DNA of 64,000 nt, from assembly GCA_963841395.1 (NCBI GenBank), contig CAWJCX010000043.1, forward strand, positions 228,171 to 292,170. Reading direction: 5' to 3'. Numbering within the stretch: position 1 is the stretch's first letter; each line of letters begins with the position of its first letter. The position numbers and the translations under genes are program-made. Below the pieces are notes generated by a model. It saw only the letters and a list, made by a program, of their open reading frames with translations, had not been told where the DNA came from and did no database searches. Shown in pieces: positions 49,806 to 62,089 of the stretch. Source of the DNA: an uncultured Actinomycetota bacterium (lineage in GTDB: Bacteria > Actinomycetota > Actinomycetes > Mycobacteriales > Pseudonocardiaceae).

Positions 49806-50627
49806 ATGGTGGACGCGGAGATCTTGGCGTTCTACGAACGCGGTCTGGAACAGGGGCGGTTGGCCGCCGGCGGGCAGCGGATCGAGTTCCTGCGGGTGTG
49901 GGACTTGTTGCAGCGGCAGCTGCCGAAGTCGCCGGCGCGGATCTTGGACGTGGGAGGCGGCGCGGGCGTCTACGCCTTGCCGTTGGCTGCGGCCGGATAC
50001 GAGGTCCACCTGGTCGATCCGGTGCCGCTGCACGTCGAGCAGGCCGCAGCGGCGTCTCGAGCCGCCGCCGTTCCGTTGGCCGGCGTGGCTGTCGGCGACG
50101 CGAGGGAACTGGACGCCTCGGCGGACAGCATGGACGCCGCACTGCTTCTCGGACCGCTGTATCACCTGACGGTGCGCGACGACCGTATCGCGGCCCTTCG
50201 GGAGGCGCGGCGGGTCGTGCGACCGGGCGGCGTCGTCGTGGCGAAGGCGTTGTCCCGGTTCTATCCGTTGTTCGAGAACATCGCCCGAGGCACCCCGGTC
50301 CAGCGCGACGACGCGGAGTGGACCGCGACCTTCCTCGGCGACGGGCAATACCGCAACCACGGGGGTGACCCGGAGCTGTTCACCACGTCCTACTTCCACC
50401 TGCCCGACGAGTTCGCGGACGAGGTGAGGGCTGCAGGTCTGGTACTCAATGATCTCGTCGCCGCCAGCGGCGTGACGAAGCTGCTGCCCGAGTTCACCGA
50501 GCGGCTGGACGAGCCAGCACAGCGCGCGCGGGTTCTGACGGTGCTGCGCCTACTCGAGTCCGAGCCCTCGCTGCTCGGCATGAGCCAGAACTTCGTCGCC
50601 ATCGCCCACGTACCCGCCGAGGACTGA
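49806..50627 (+). CDS. Class I SAM-dependent methyltransferase
   Basis: ILDVGGGAG, LVDPV, GDAREL, LLLGPLYHL, RVVRPGG. Confidence 0.9.
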   Translation: MVDAEILAFYERGLEQGRLAAGGQRIEFLRVWDLLQRQLPKSPARILDVGGGAGVYALPLAAAGYEVHLVDPVPLHVEQAAAASRAAAVPLAGVAVGDARELDASADSMDAALLLGPLYHLTVRDDRIAALREARRVVRPGGVVVAKALSRFYPLFENIARGTPVQRDDAEWTATFLGDGQYRNHGGDPELFTTSYFHLPDEFADEVRAAGLVLNDLVAASGVTKLLPEFTERLDEPAQRARVLTVLRLLESEPSLLGMSQNFVAIAHVPAED

Positions 50628-50644
50628 CCCTCTGGGCGTCAAGT

Positions 50645-51874
50645 TCAGTGCTGTTCGAGCAGCGTCGTGGTTCGGGCTATTACTTCCGAAGGGAGCTCGT
50701 CGTCGGTGAAGGCGTTGTGGCGCCAGGAAAGCGTCCAGTGCTGCCCGGTCCGGCGGACGGTGAGGCGGAACGGCGTGAACGGGTAGCGTGGCGGCCGGGA
50801 ATGCGACGGTCGCACGGGGGAGAGTGCGAACGGGGGCACGACATAACGCGTCGCGTCGAGTGAGCCGTGGAAGTTGACGAACGCGTGCGCGCCGAGCTGT
50901 TTGTCGACCGAAACCGTCGGCAACCGCCGCACCGCGGGAAACGCGGCGTCCCACGATTGTTCGCGTGCCTTCACCTCGCCGAGCTGGCGAGTCACGTCGG
51001 CCGGTGAGGGACTGCCTTTCCAGTCGACGAAATACGGCACGACCCGGGCGATACAGCCGATCGCCGTCCACCTGGGTCGGGTCAGCCGGCCGTGGCTGGC
51101 GACGTCGACGCGTGTGCGGGTCAGTCCGCAGACGTCCCGCAGGCTTCGGCTCACCGCCGCGACGACGTCGAGTTCGGTCAGTTGGCCGGTGTGGGGGATC
51201 GACTCGATCCGCTCGGTCCAGTCCTGCTCGGCCACCGGGTCGCCGCTGAGTCCGGGCACGGCGGACAGCTCGGTCCAGGGCTGGTGCAGCCACCAGGTCA
51301 CGTTCGAGTTCGGGGAGGACGACCGGCGCGCCGTCGCGATCTCGCCGAGGTAGGTGTCGTACCCGTCGTCGTCGGAACCGGCAACGGTGTGGCCGTTGTA
51401 CAGGTGCGCGAACTCGCGCCCCATCATCATCACCGACAGCAGATCGGAGACGAAATGGGTGAACGCGAGCACCAGGTAGCTGGTGACGGCGATCCGCGCG
51501 CTGACCACGCCCCAGGTTCGACCCTCGACGACATCGAAGTCGCGCGCGAGATCGGCGAGGCCGCCGGTGAGCAGTTCCGCCACACGGCCAGCATCTGACT
51601 CGGCGATCTCGTGGATCGCGACCTCGCCCGTGCCGCGGTCGGCAGGGTCGACGATCTGCCGGCAGTTCTCCGCCTCGCCGAACTCATTGAGACGCGCGCG
51701 CAACGCGGGATGGCGCCGGCGCAGCTCGACGACGGCTTGCGCCAGACGGCGACGGTCGACCGGTTCGTCGACGACCAGGGTCACGGCGAGAACGTGAGCA
51801 TTGATGAATACCGGACCATAAGGACCAAACACCGAATCGAACTGTCCCGGAGTCAGCGGATAAACCGTGGATAT
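50645..51874 (-). CDS. Stand-alone condensation-domain protein
   Basis: YPLTPGQ, RRHPALRARL, THFVSDLLS, HGR, AIGCIARVVP, FVNFHG; first canonical start 51832, RBS-supported ATA at 51874. Confidence 0.75.
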   Translation of the reverse strand: MSTVYPLTPGQFDSVFGPYGPVFINAHVLAVTLVVDEPVDRRRLAQAVVELRRRHPALRARLNEFGEAENCRQIVDPADRGTGEVAIHEIAESDAGRVAELLTGGLADLARDFDVVEGRTWGVVSARIAVTSYLVLAFTHFVSDLLSVMMMGREFAHLYNGHTVAGSDDDGYDTYLGEIATARRSSSPNSNVTWWLHQPWTELSAVPGLSGDPVAEQDWTERIESIPHTGQLTELDVVAAVSRSLRDVCGLTRTRVDVASHGRLTRPRWTAIGCIARVVPYFVDWKGSPSPADVTRQLGEVKAREQSWDAAFPAVRRLPTVSVDKQLGAHAFVNFHGSLDATRYVVPPFALSPVRPSHSRPPRYPFTPFRLTVRRTGQHWTLSWRHNAFTDDELPSEVIARTTTLLEQH

Positions 51875-51940
51875 GATGATCCTCCGAGTTCGACCGGCGG
51901 GGACGCGACGCTAACACTATGCGCGCCCACGACTTGCCGG

Positions 51941-52330
51941 TCAGCCGAGTTCCTCGAAGAGTGTCAGCTGCAGGCCGTCGGGCGCGGTGAGGCGTGAGTT
52001 GAGCGAGTTCCACGGGGTCCGAACCGGCTCGGCGATGACCGCGGCGCCGGCCCCGGCGAGGGTCGCGGTGGTGGCCGCCGCGTCCGCGACCTCGAACGCC
52101 ACGCGAACATGGCCGGCGACGCGCCGGCCGACCTCGACCCGGTCGATGAACCCGGCCTGCCGTCCGTCGACGACCTCGATGGTCGCGCGGCCGGCGTCCA
52201 GCAGGACCACGTTGCCATCGGCCGAGGAGAAGTCGGCCAGTTCCGGCAGGCCGAGGACGTCGCGGTAGAACCGCACCGCCTCGGCGTGGTCTTCGACGGT
52301 GACGACCAGGCGAAGCTCGCGAACGCTCAT
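51941..52330 (-). CDS. VOC / glyoxalase family protein
   Basis: AVRFYRDVLGL, RVAFEVAD, TPWNSLNSRLTAPDGLQLTLF. Confidence 0.88.
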   Translation of the reverse strand: MSVRELRLVVTVEDHAEAVRFYRDVLGLPELADFSSADGNVVLLDAGRATIEVVDGRQAGFIDRVEVGRRVAGHVRVAFEVADAAATTATLAGAGAAVIAEPVRTPWNSLNSRLTAPDGLQLTLFEELG

Positions 52331-52370
52331 GACATGGCAAAGGAACTCCGCGCGCGGCTTATTCCGCTGA

Positions 52371-53316
52371 TCAGCTCGTGACGAGTGACTTGTGGATCAT
52401 GCTTTCGGCGGCGGCGACGATGGCTTGCTCGGGATCGCGGGGTGCCAGGCCGAGCAGGTCACGGGCCTTGTCCCCGGAGACCTTCTGGCGTAGCCGAGGT
52501 CGGGGGCGATCGGGCGGAACTCCGCGTTGAACCGGGCGGCGAGGCGGACGACGAAGTCCGGGATGCCGCGGGTGGGTACCCGCTTGGCCGGCGTCGCCGA
52601 GGTGTTCCTTGAGGATGGCGCCGATCCGTTTCATGGGGATCGCGGGCCCGCCGGAGATCAGGATGCGCTGCCCGGCGGCCCGCGGTGCGGTCATGGCCAG
52701 CACGTGGGCGCGGGCGACGTCGCGGACGTCGACTATCGGGAGCCACAGGTCGGGGAAGCCGGGCAGCCGGCCGGCGAGCATGCGCTGGACGATGTGGTTC
52801 GAGCCGGAGATGTCCTTGCCCATGACCGGGCCCATGACGGCCACCGGCAGGATCGTGGTCAGCCCGATGTGCCCGCCCTCGGCCTCGACGAAGTCCCACG
52901 CGGCGCGCTCGGCGAGGACCTTGCTGCGCCCGTAGGCGTCCATGCCGGGGCCGTCGAGCACCGACCAGTCCTCCTCGCAGCATGCGCAGGGCACCGTCGC
53001 GGGCCAGTGCGATCACCTCGTCCTCGTCGGCGACGTGCCCGGGGACCACGGGGGAGGCGACGTGCAGGACGTGGTCACAGCCGCCGACCGCCTCGGCCCA
53101 CCCGGCGTCGCCGGTCAGGTCCGCCTCGACGAAGGCCAGGTCGTCGCCGCGGGTCATCCCCGCGTCGGTGAGCACCGCCCGCACCGCGGCCTCCCGCCCC
53201 AGCGACCGAACGGTGGTGCGAACCCGGTAACCCTGGTCGAGGAGTTGCAGCACACAGTGCCCGGCGATGAAACCGGACCCACCGGTCACGAGGACGAGCT
53301 GCTGGTTGTCGCTCAT
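52371..53316 (-). pseudogene. NAD-dependent epimerase/aldehyde reductase (extended SDR) with internal deletion and frameshifts
   Basis: VTGGSGFIA, LHVASP and YGRSK are present, but GALRMLR is joined out of frame to EEDWS at ~52977, so the usual RVVLTSS segment is missing. Confidence 0.7.
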
Positions 53317-53394
53317 GGACCTTCCCGGTGCGCGGGCTACGTGGCGGTGACCATTGTCCGCGCACCGCGGCCCGGCGCCACCGAGACGGTCCGG

Positions 53395-55177
<1,783 letters not shown>

Positions 55178-55178
<1 letters not shown>

Positions 55179-56932
55179 CACGCGGCCTCCTCGACGGTCA
55201 GCTGTGAGTCGACGATCTGCGCGTAGGTGGGGCTGGCGGCAAGGAGTTCCTCGTGGGTGCCGACGGCCTCGACCTGGCCCGCCTCGAGCACCACGATCGT
55301 GTCCGCGGTGCGGATGGTGGACACCCGCTGCGCGACGATCACCTGGGTGGCGTCGGCGATCTCGCGAGCGAGCGCGGTACGCAACGACAGCTCGGTGGCG
55401 TTGTCCAGCGCGGAGAACGCGTCGTCGAACAGGTAGATCCGCGGCCGCGCCAGCAACGCCCTGGCGATCGCCAGCCGCTGGCGCTGACCGCCGGACACCG
55501 TGCCGCCGCCCTGCCCGATTGCCGTGTCCAGCCCGTCCGGCATCGCCTTGACGAACCCGGCCGCCTGGGCGACCTCCAGCGCGTGCCACAACTGCTCGTC
55601 GTCGGCGGAGGGGCTGCCGTAGCGCAGGTTGTCCGCGACCGTGCCGGCGAACAGGTAGGCCCGCTGGGGCACCAGCCCGACGTGCGCGGCCAGGTCGCGC
55701 CTGGCCAGGTCCCGCACGTCGGCGCCGTCGATGCGGATCGCGCCGTGGTCGACGTCGAGCAGTCGGGCGACGAGGTTGACCAGGGTCGTCTTGCCGCTAC
55801 CGGTCGAGCCGGTGATCGCGGTCGTCCGGCCGGGCCGGGCGGACAGGCTCACCCCGCGCAGGACGGGACGTTCGGCACCCGGATAGCCGAACGTGACGTC
55901 GGCGATCGCAAGGTCACCCCGCCAGTTCGCGACGCTGACCGGTTCGACCGGGTCGCCGATGCTCGGCTCGGTCGTCAGCACCTCGGCGATCCGGCCGGCG
56001 CTGACCTTCGCGCGTGGCGCCAGCATGAACGCGCCCATCGCAGCCATGACCGCGCCCAGGATCTGGGTCAGGTAGGTCAGGAACGCGATCAGTTCCCCCA
56101 CCCGCAGGTCGCCGTCCACGATCCGCTGCCCGCCGATCGCCAGCACCGCGACCGCCGCCAGGTTGGAGATCACCAGCGACGCGGCGCCGAAGAACGCCTG
56201 CACCCGGCCCAACCGGATGCCCACCGCCATCAGGTCGGTGTTCGCCTCGGCGAACCGGCGTCGCTCGTGCGCGTCGCGGACGAAAGCCCGGATCACGCGG
56301 ATGCCGGTGATCTGCTCGCGCATCACCCGGTTGACCGCGTCCACGTACCGCTGCAGCAGCCGCGACGCGGGCACCATCCGCCGGATGAGCAAACCGATCG
56401 TCACCATCCCGACCGGCACCGCCACCAGCAGCACCAGCGACGCCGTCACGTCCTGCCGCACGGCGAGGAAGACCCCGCCCACCGCCACGAACGGCGCGGG
56501 CAGCAGCAGGGTCACGATGGTGAACACCAGCAGCTGCACCTGCTGGACGTCGTTGGTGCTGCGGGTCAGCAACGACGAGGCGCCGAACCGGCCCAGCTCC
56601 CGGCCGGAGAAGCCCGACACCCGGTCGAACAGCGCCACCCGCAGGTCCGCACCCAGCCCCATCGCGACCCGCGCGCCCAGATACACCGCGGCGCCCGTGC
56701 ACCCGACCTGTGCCAGCGTGGCCGCGAGCATGATCCCACCGTGTCCGATGACATATCCGGTATTGCCGGTGAGTACGCCGTAGTCGACCACGTCGGCATT
56801 GAGAGTCGGCAAATACAGCATCGCCAGCGCCTGCACGGCCTGGAGCACGGCGACCGCGACAATCGGCCGACGGTAGGGACCCAACCGGGGACGCAGCAAG
56901 GACAACACCGACGATTCGGTGGGTGAGGTCAT
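55178..56932 (-). CDS. ABC exporter, permease plus ATPase (heterodimer partner)
   Basis: SLLTRSTNDVQQVQ, GSTGSGKTT, VSGGQRQRL, LFDDAFSALD, VAQRVSTI. Confidence 0.92.
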
Positions 56933-56981
56933 GGCGCGACAATAGCTCAAAGAATGCCAAAGAATTCCCGTTGGCCCCCGG

Positions 56982-57006
56982 TCAAATGTATTCCAAATAC
57001 ATTTGA
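56982..57006. promoter_or_regulatory. Perfect inverted repeat, probable repressor operator
   Basis: tcaaatgtatt-cca-aatacatttga in an AT-rich region about 50 bp upstream of the ABC start. Confidence 0.65.
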
Positions 57007-57119
57007 TAGGTTATGAGTAGAGGGGTTGGCCGGGTCCGGAATTCATCGACGCGGGTGAGTCAGCCCGCCGACCGCGTTCGCTGCGGCGAGTCGGTTCCCG
57101 CTGCCACAGGCGTCGCCAG

Positions 57120-57623
57120 GTCGGCCAATGCCGCGTCGTCGCGCTCACCGCACCGAGTGGCTCCGGCAAGTCGACGCTGCTGCACCTCATTGGCGCGATC
57201 GACAAGCCGGACAGCGGCACGGTCGAGGTCGACGGGCTGGCCGTCGAGTCGTTGAACCGCAGGCGGCTCGTGGCCTACCGGCGCACGGTGGGGTTCGTGT
57301 TCCAGCGTTACCACCTGCTGCCGGCGCTCACCGCCGCCGACAACGTGCTCGCACCCGTGCTGCCGTACAAGGTGGACTTCGACAAGGCGGCGCGGGCGCG
57401 GGAGCTGCTGTTCGCGGTCGGCCTGGGCCACCGGGCGGACACCGTCCCGTCCCGCCTCTCCGGCGGCGAGCAGCAGCGGGTCGCCATCGCACGGGCACTG
57501 ATCGGCCGACCGGCCGTGCTGCTCGCCGACGAACCGACCGGCAAGCTCGTCGACGACGTCGACCTCACCGCCGGTCACTCACCCGAGCACGCCCTCGCCC
57601 GGATCAACGGGCTCGGCGCGTAG
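57120..57623 (+). pseudogene. Truncated LolD-like ABC ATP-binding protein
   Basis: [24 protein letters not shown]; DEPTG runs directly into KLVDD (H-loop region missing); no start codon upstream of Walker A. Confidence 0.7.
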
Positions 57624-57666
57624 CACGCGTTTGTGTTTCCGAGTTGGAAACTCTAGAGTTGCCGGC

Positions 57667-58104
57667 ATGGAAACGAGTGGTTCGATCAGTGCCGCCGAGG
57701 CGTCCTCGGCGTTGGCGTCCGCGCGGGAGAGCCGGGCGCGGGTGGCGTGGGCGGGGTATCCGACGTGGTACTGGTTCGCCACGGCGGCGGTGCTGGCGAT
57801 GCTGCCGTTCGCGACGGTGCTGCCGGACCTGTTCGGTATCGGTCTCACCGCGGTGGCCGCGGTCGCCGCCATCTGGCTGGCCGTCGCCGCGGGTCGGGTG
57901 CGCGGGGTGTGCGAGGGCTGGACCAGCACCGCCATGCGGTGGCAGGAGATCGTGCTGCTGTACGGCCCTTCGATCGTCGTGCTGTTCGCTGGTGCGGTCG
58001 TCGCCCGGTTCGCGTGGTGGGCGCCGATCGCGGCCGCGGTGCTCACGTTCGTGCTGTTCGCCGGTACCGGGCTGGCGTTGAGCGCGCGGGCCGCCCGCCG
58101 ATGA
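57667..58104 (+). CDS. Small multi-TM membrane protein
   Basis: Hydrophobic helices; ATGA coupling to the wHTH gene. Confidence 0.7.
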   Translation: METSGSISAAEASSALASARESRARVAWAGYPTWYWFATAAVLAMLPFATVLPDLFGIGLTAVAAVAAIWLAVAAGRVRGVCEGWTSTAMRWQEIVLLYGPSIVVLFAGAVVARFAWWAPIAAAVLTFVLFAGTGLALSARAARR

Positions 58105-58424
58105 GCTCAGCGCCGGACACCGAGTCACAGGTCGAGGACGGCTTCGACCAGGTCGTGCACGCCCCGATGCGGCTGCGGATCTGTGCGGCACTGGAACCGG
58201 TGCAGGAGGTCGAGTTCGGCACCCTGCTGACCATGCTCGGCATCAGCAAGTCCGCGCTGAGCAAGCACATCTCGGTCCTGGCGGACGCCGGCTACGTCAG
58301 CCAGCGACGCGCCGTCCGCGACACCCGTCAGCGGGTCTGGCTCGGTCTCACCGGCCCCGGCCGCACCGCCTATCGGGGCCACGTGGCCGCACTACGCAAG
58401 ATAGTCGGCGACGCCGAGGGATAG
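58101..58424 (+). CDS. Winged-helix (MarR/ArsR-like) transcriptional regulator
   Basis: HAPMRLRICAAL..EF..L...LGISKSALSKH..L..AGYV..LT..GR. Confidence 0.88.
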   Translation: MSSAPDTESQVEDGFDQVVHAPMRLRICAALEPVQEVEFGTLLTMLGISKSALSKHISVLADAGYVSQRRAVRDTRQRVWLGLTGPGRTAYRGHVAALRKIVGDAEG

Positions 58425-59495
58425 GCGACGCCGCGCGCGGTGGCTGGTGAGGGCGGTGTCGACCAGGACGTCGAGGAGTTCTCCGTAGTCGAGGCCGGCG
58501 GCCTGCCACATCTTGGGGTACTGGGAGACGCTGGTGAAGCCGGGGAAGGTGTTGACCTCGTTGATGATCCTCGTGCCGTCGGGGCGGAGGAAGAGGTCGA
58601 CCCGCAGGAGACCGGAGCAGCCCAACTCGCGGAACAGGTGCAGGGCGTCCTGGCCGATGGCGTGGGTGGTCGCCGGGTCGAGCCTGGCGGGGACGTCGAA
58701 CACGGTGGCGGAGTCGGCGTACTTGGCCTGGTAGTCGAAGAAGGTGTGCTCGGTGGACGGCAGGATTTCCATCGGTGGGCTGACCTCGAGGTCGCCGCTC
58801 GGCCGTTCGAGCACCCCGATGTCGATCTCCCGGCCGGGGACCGCCGCCTCCACCAGTACCTTGTCGTCGCTCTTGCGGGCCCGGTCGAGAGCTGCCGGCA
58901 GCTCGGCCCAGTCCTCCACTTTGGACACACCGATGCTCGAGCCCTCGCGGGCAGGCTTGACGAACACCGGGAGTCCCAGCCGGTCGCGGTCCTCCGGGGC
59001 GACGTCGTGCTGCCCCTCGCGGAGGACGACGCCCTCGGCCACCGCGAGGCCGGCGCAGGCGATGATCTTCTTCGTGTACTCCTTGTCCATGCTCAGCGCA
59101 CTGGCCGCGACGCCGTTGCCGACGTACGGAATCCCGAAGCCCTCCAGCATCGCCTGTACCGCGCCGTCCTCCCCGTAGCGGCCGTGAAACGCCGGGAACA
59201 CCACGTCACACCACATGAGCTCCTGCGCGGCGGCGAGGATGCTGCGCGCCGGCGGGGTGTCGCCGGTCTCGGGGAAGCCGTTCTGCTGCCACCGCAGGAC
59301 GTCCTCGACGGTCGGCAGGTCGGGCATCGCCGGAACACTGGCCCAGACACCGTCCCTGCCGATCCGGACCGGCAGGATCTCGTACCGTTTCCGGTCGAGG
59401 CCGGCGAGGATGCTCGCCGCCGACTCGCATGACACCTCGTGCTCGCCGCTGCGGCCACCGAACAGGACGGCGACTCGGATCTTCGGCTCAGACAC
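58392..59495 (-). CDS. ddl: D-alanine--D-alanine (or D-Ala-D-X) ligase
   Basis: VLFGGRSGEHEVS, FHGRYGEDG, FVKPAREGSSIGV, FFDYQAKY, NEVNTFPGFT..SQYP. Confidence 0.92.
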   Translation of the reverse strand: MSEPKIRVAVLFGGRSGEHEVSCESAASILAGLDRKRYEILPVRIGRDGVWASVPAMPDLPTVEDVLRWQQNGFPETGDTPPARSILAAAQELMWCDVVFPAFHGRYGEDGAVQAMLEGFGIPYVGNGVAASALSMDKEYTKKIIACAGLAVAEGVVLREGQHDVAPEDRDRLGLPVFVKPAREGSSIGVSKVEDWAELPAALDRARKSDDKVLVEAAVPGREIDIGVLERPSGDLEVSPPMEILPSTEHTFFDYQAKYADSATVFDVPARLDPATTHAIGQDALHLFRELGCSGLLRVDLFLRPDGTRIINEVNTFPGFTSVSQYPKMWQAAGLDYGELLDVLVDTALTSHRARRRLSLGVADYLA

Positions 59496-60625
59496 GTAAC
59501 GACTCCTCGGAATGGGCGTAGTGTGCGGGCTACCCGGGGGCCGATGCCGGTGATGATCTCGTGTGGGACGGTGTTCGCCCACCCGGCCCAGTCGGCCACC
59601 GTCGGCTCTCCGTCGGTACCGGGTCCGAAAAGGACGACCTCGTCGCCGATCCGGGGTTCGGCGTCGCCGACGTCGACGACGAGCTGGTCCATCGCGATCC
59701 TGCCGGCCACCGGATGCCTGCGGCCGGCGATCGAGACCTCGGCGTGCCTGGCCGCGGTCCAGGGCACACCGTCCGCGTAGCCCAGGGGCACCAGCGCGAG
59801 CGTGGTGTCGCGGGCGGTGACGTAGTCGTGCTCGTAGGACACGCCGCTGCCGGCCGGTACCCGCTTGACGAGGATCAACCGCGCGCGCAACGTCATGGCG
59901 CCGCGCAACCCGTAGACCCGCCGCGGATCCGGCTCCACCCCGTAGAGCCCGATGCCGGGACGGACGAGCTCGTAGTGGGTCTCCGGTGCGCCGAGGGTCG
60001 CCGCGGAGTTCGCCAGGTGACGGAGCTCCGGTCGCAGCCCGGCGCCCCGCGCGAGTTCGACCGCCTCGTCGAAGCGCGTGACCTGTGATCGGGTCGTGGT
60101 GTCGGCCGCCGTGCCGCTGACCAGGTGCGACCAGACGCCCCGCACCCGCACGTGCCCGGCGGTCTCCAGGTCGCGGGCCAGGCGCACCAGGTCTCGCCAT
60201 TCCTGGGGTGGCGCGCCGTTGCGGTGCAGTCCGGTGTCCGCCTTCAGGTGCACCTCGGCGGTGACGCCCAGCTCCGCAGCGCTCGCGGCGACCGCACGCA
60301 GTTGGTCCAGTGTGGACACCGACAGGTCCACATCGGCCAGCAGTGCGGCGCCGAAGTCCTCCAGCGGGCTGTGCAGCCAGCTGAGGATCGGCGCGGTGAT
60401 GCCCCCGGCGCGCAGGTGCAATGCCTCGGCGCAGGTCGTCACGCCCAGCCAGGTCGCGCCCGAGCAGAGTGCGGCGCTCGCCACCCGCACGGCCCCGTGA
60501 CCGAAGCCGTCGGCCTTGACGACCGCCATCACGGCCGCCTGCGTACCGGCGGCGAGCAGCGCCGTGTTGTGCGCCACCGCGTCCAGGTGCACGACGGCGT
60601 GCGCGTGCGGCGACGGAGTACGCAT
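59488..60625 (-). CDS. alr: Alanine racemase (probable 1-bp insertion near 3' end)
   Basis: AVVKADGFGHG, HLKADTG, HLANSA, VRPGIGLYG, VSYEH, GYADG, GRIAMDQ; a one-base shift gives ..RHYAHSEESLRV* overlapping the ddl start. Confidence 0.88.
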
Positions 60626-60670
60626 ACGTTCACCGTGGCCGAACGACATCCGCGCGCCGCGATCAACGTG

Positions 60671-61213
60671 TCACAGCTGTGCTACAGCACCGGGGTGCGG
60701 GTGGCGAGGTGGTGCCTGCCCGGCGCACTCGGGCCGGTACTCGAAGTGCCACCATTCGTTGTCGTAGCGGCGGTACAGGTGGTAGCGGTGACCGTGCCGC
60801 TCGAGCCAGCGTGCCCCGTCTGCCGGCCGCACGTCGATGGCGATGCCCGCGACGTGGGCGGACTCCTCGGGCGGAAGCACCCGGCGGCGGGCCGCCGACC
60901 TCGAGCCGGCGCGGCGGACCTCCGCGGCAAACAGCCGATGCTGCTCAGCGGCGTCCCGGTGGCCGGAGGTGAGGCCGAGCAGCTGACCGTGCCGCCAGAA
61001 CGCCTCGGCGCGGGCCGAGGTGAACGCGGCACGCGCGGTAGGGGACAGCCCGTCGAGATCCTCGACCGGAAACCGGATGCCCAGTGCCCACTGGCAGGCG
61101 AGCCAGCGGGCGCGACCGGGTGCGCGAAGCGCGGCCAGGGGCAGCAGACATCGGGCGATCAGTTTGGTGGCGAGGGCACGCAGCCGCACGGAGCGGGACT
61201 CGGTTTCGACCAT
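60671..61213 (-). CDS. vanY: M15B D,D-carboxypeptidase (VanY/VanXY-like)
   Basis: TSGHR...Q, SAHVAGIAIDV, EWWHFEY zinc motifs. Confidence 0.85.
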   Translation of the reverse strand: MVETESRSVRLRALATKLIARCLLPLAALRAPGRARWLACQWALGIRFPVEDLDGLSPTARAAFTSARAEAFWRHGQLLGLTSGHRDAAEQHRLFAAEVRRAGSRSAARRRVLPPEESAHVAGIAIDVRPADGARWLERHGHRYHLYRRYDNEWWHFEYRPECAGQAPPRHPHPGAVAQL

Positions 61214-61317
61214 GACGCCCACTGTCGGCAGCGAATGCGCGCACCCGATCCGCGTTGTGTAATGAGGACGCCACAGCCGGGGCATGGTCCGACACGAACC
61301 GCCGGGGCCGGTGGTTC

Positions 61318-61356
61318 GTGACAGAACCAGAACAGTCCGCGAACATCGCCGGGACA
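61318..61356. promoter_or_regulatory. Four 11-bp-spaced direct repeats, probable OmpR-family binding site
   Basis: gtgaca 61318, agaaca 61329, cgaaca 61340, gggaca 61351 between divergent vanY and the response regulator. Confidence 0.6.
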
Positions 61357-61399
61357 AAACCCGCCGATCATGAAGTCGAACGCTGCGATAGTGAGGCCC

Positions 61400-62089
61400 A
61401 TGTCCCGAGTGCTGTTGATCGAGGATGACCGCGCGGTACGTACCGGTCTTGAGCTGGCGTTGACCCGGCAGGGACATGCCGTCGACGCCGCCGAGACCGG
61501 CGAGCAGGGGCTGGAGTTACTGCGCGCCACGCCACCCGACGTCGTGGTGCTGGATCTCATGTTGCCGGGGATGGACGGGTTCGAGATCTGCCGCCGGATC
61601 CGTACCGACGGCGACCTGCCGATCATCATGCTGACCGCCCGCGACGACGACATGGACGTGGTGGCCGGGCTGGAGGCCGGCGCCGACGACTACGTGGTCA
61701 AGCCGGTGCAGCCGAGGGTGCTCGAGGCGCGCATCCGGGCCGTGCTGCGGCGCAGCGGTGGTGGCCTGGCGAACGCCGGACCTCCGCCGGTGGAGCGACA
61801 TGGTGACCTCACCGTCGACCGGGTCGCGCTGGTGGTGGGCAAACGCGGCGAGCCGGTTCGTCTCGCGCCGACCGAGCTGCGCCTACTGCTGGAGCTGTCG
61901 GCGACACCGGGCCGCGTGCTGAGCCGGCGGCAGCTGCTCGAACTGGTGTGGGAACACGACTACCTCGGCGACTCCCGGCTGGTGGACGCCTGCGTGCAGC
62001 GGCTGCGCGCGAAGATCGAGGACGACTCCGCGGCACCGGCGTACATCCAGACCGTACGGGGGTTCGGTTACCGGTTCGGTCCACTGTGA
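61400..62089 (+). CDS. afsQ1: OmpR-family response regulator, AfsQ1-like
   Basis: LLIEDD, LDLMLPG, GADDYVVKP, VWEHDYLGDSRLVDACVQRLRAKIED (recalled as AfsQ1-typical). Confidence 0.85.
   Translation: MSRVLLIEDDRAVRTGLELALTRQGHAVDAAETGEQGLELLRATPPDVVVLDLMLPGMDGFEICRRIRTDGDLPIIMLTARDDDMDVVAGLEAGADDYVVKPVQPRVLEARIRAVLRRSGGGLANAGPPPVERHGDLTVDRVALVVGKRGEPVRLAPTELRLLLELSATPGRVLSRRQLLELVWEHDYLGDSRLVDACVQRLRAKIEDDSAAPAYIQTVRGFGYRFGPL

Noticed and set aside
59093-59487. Long C-terminal tail on alanine racemase overlapping ddl
   Set aside because: Removing one base gives a normal stop at 59488
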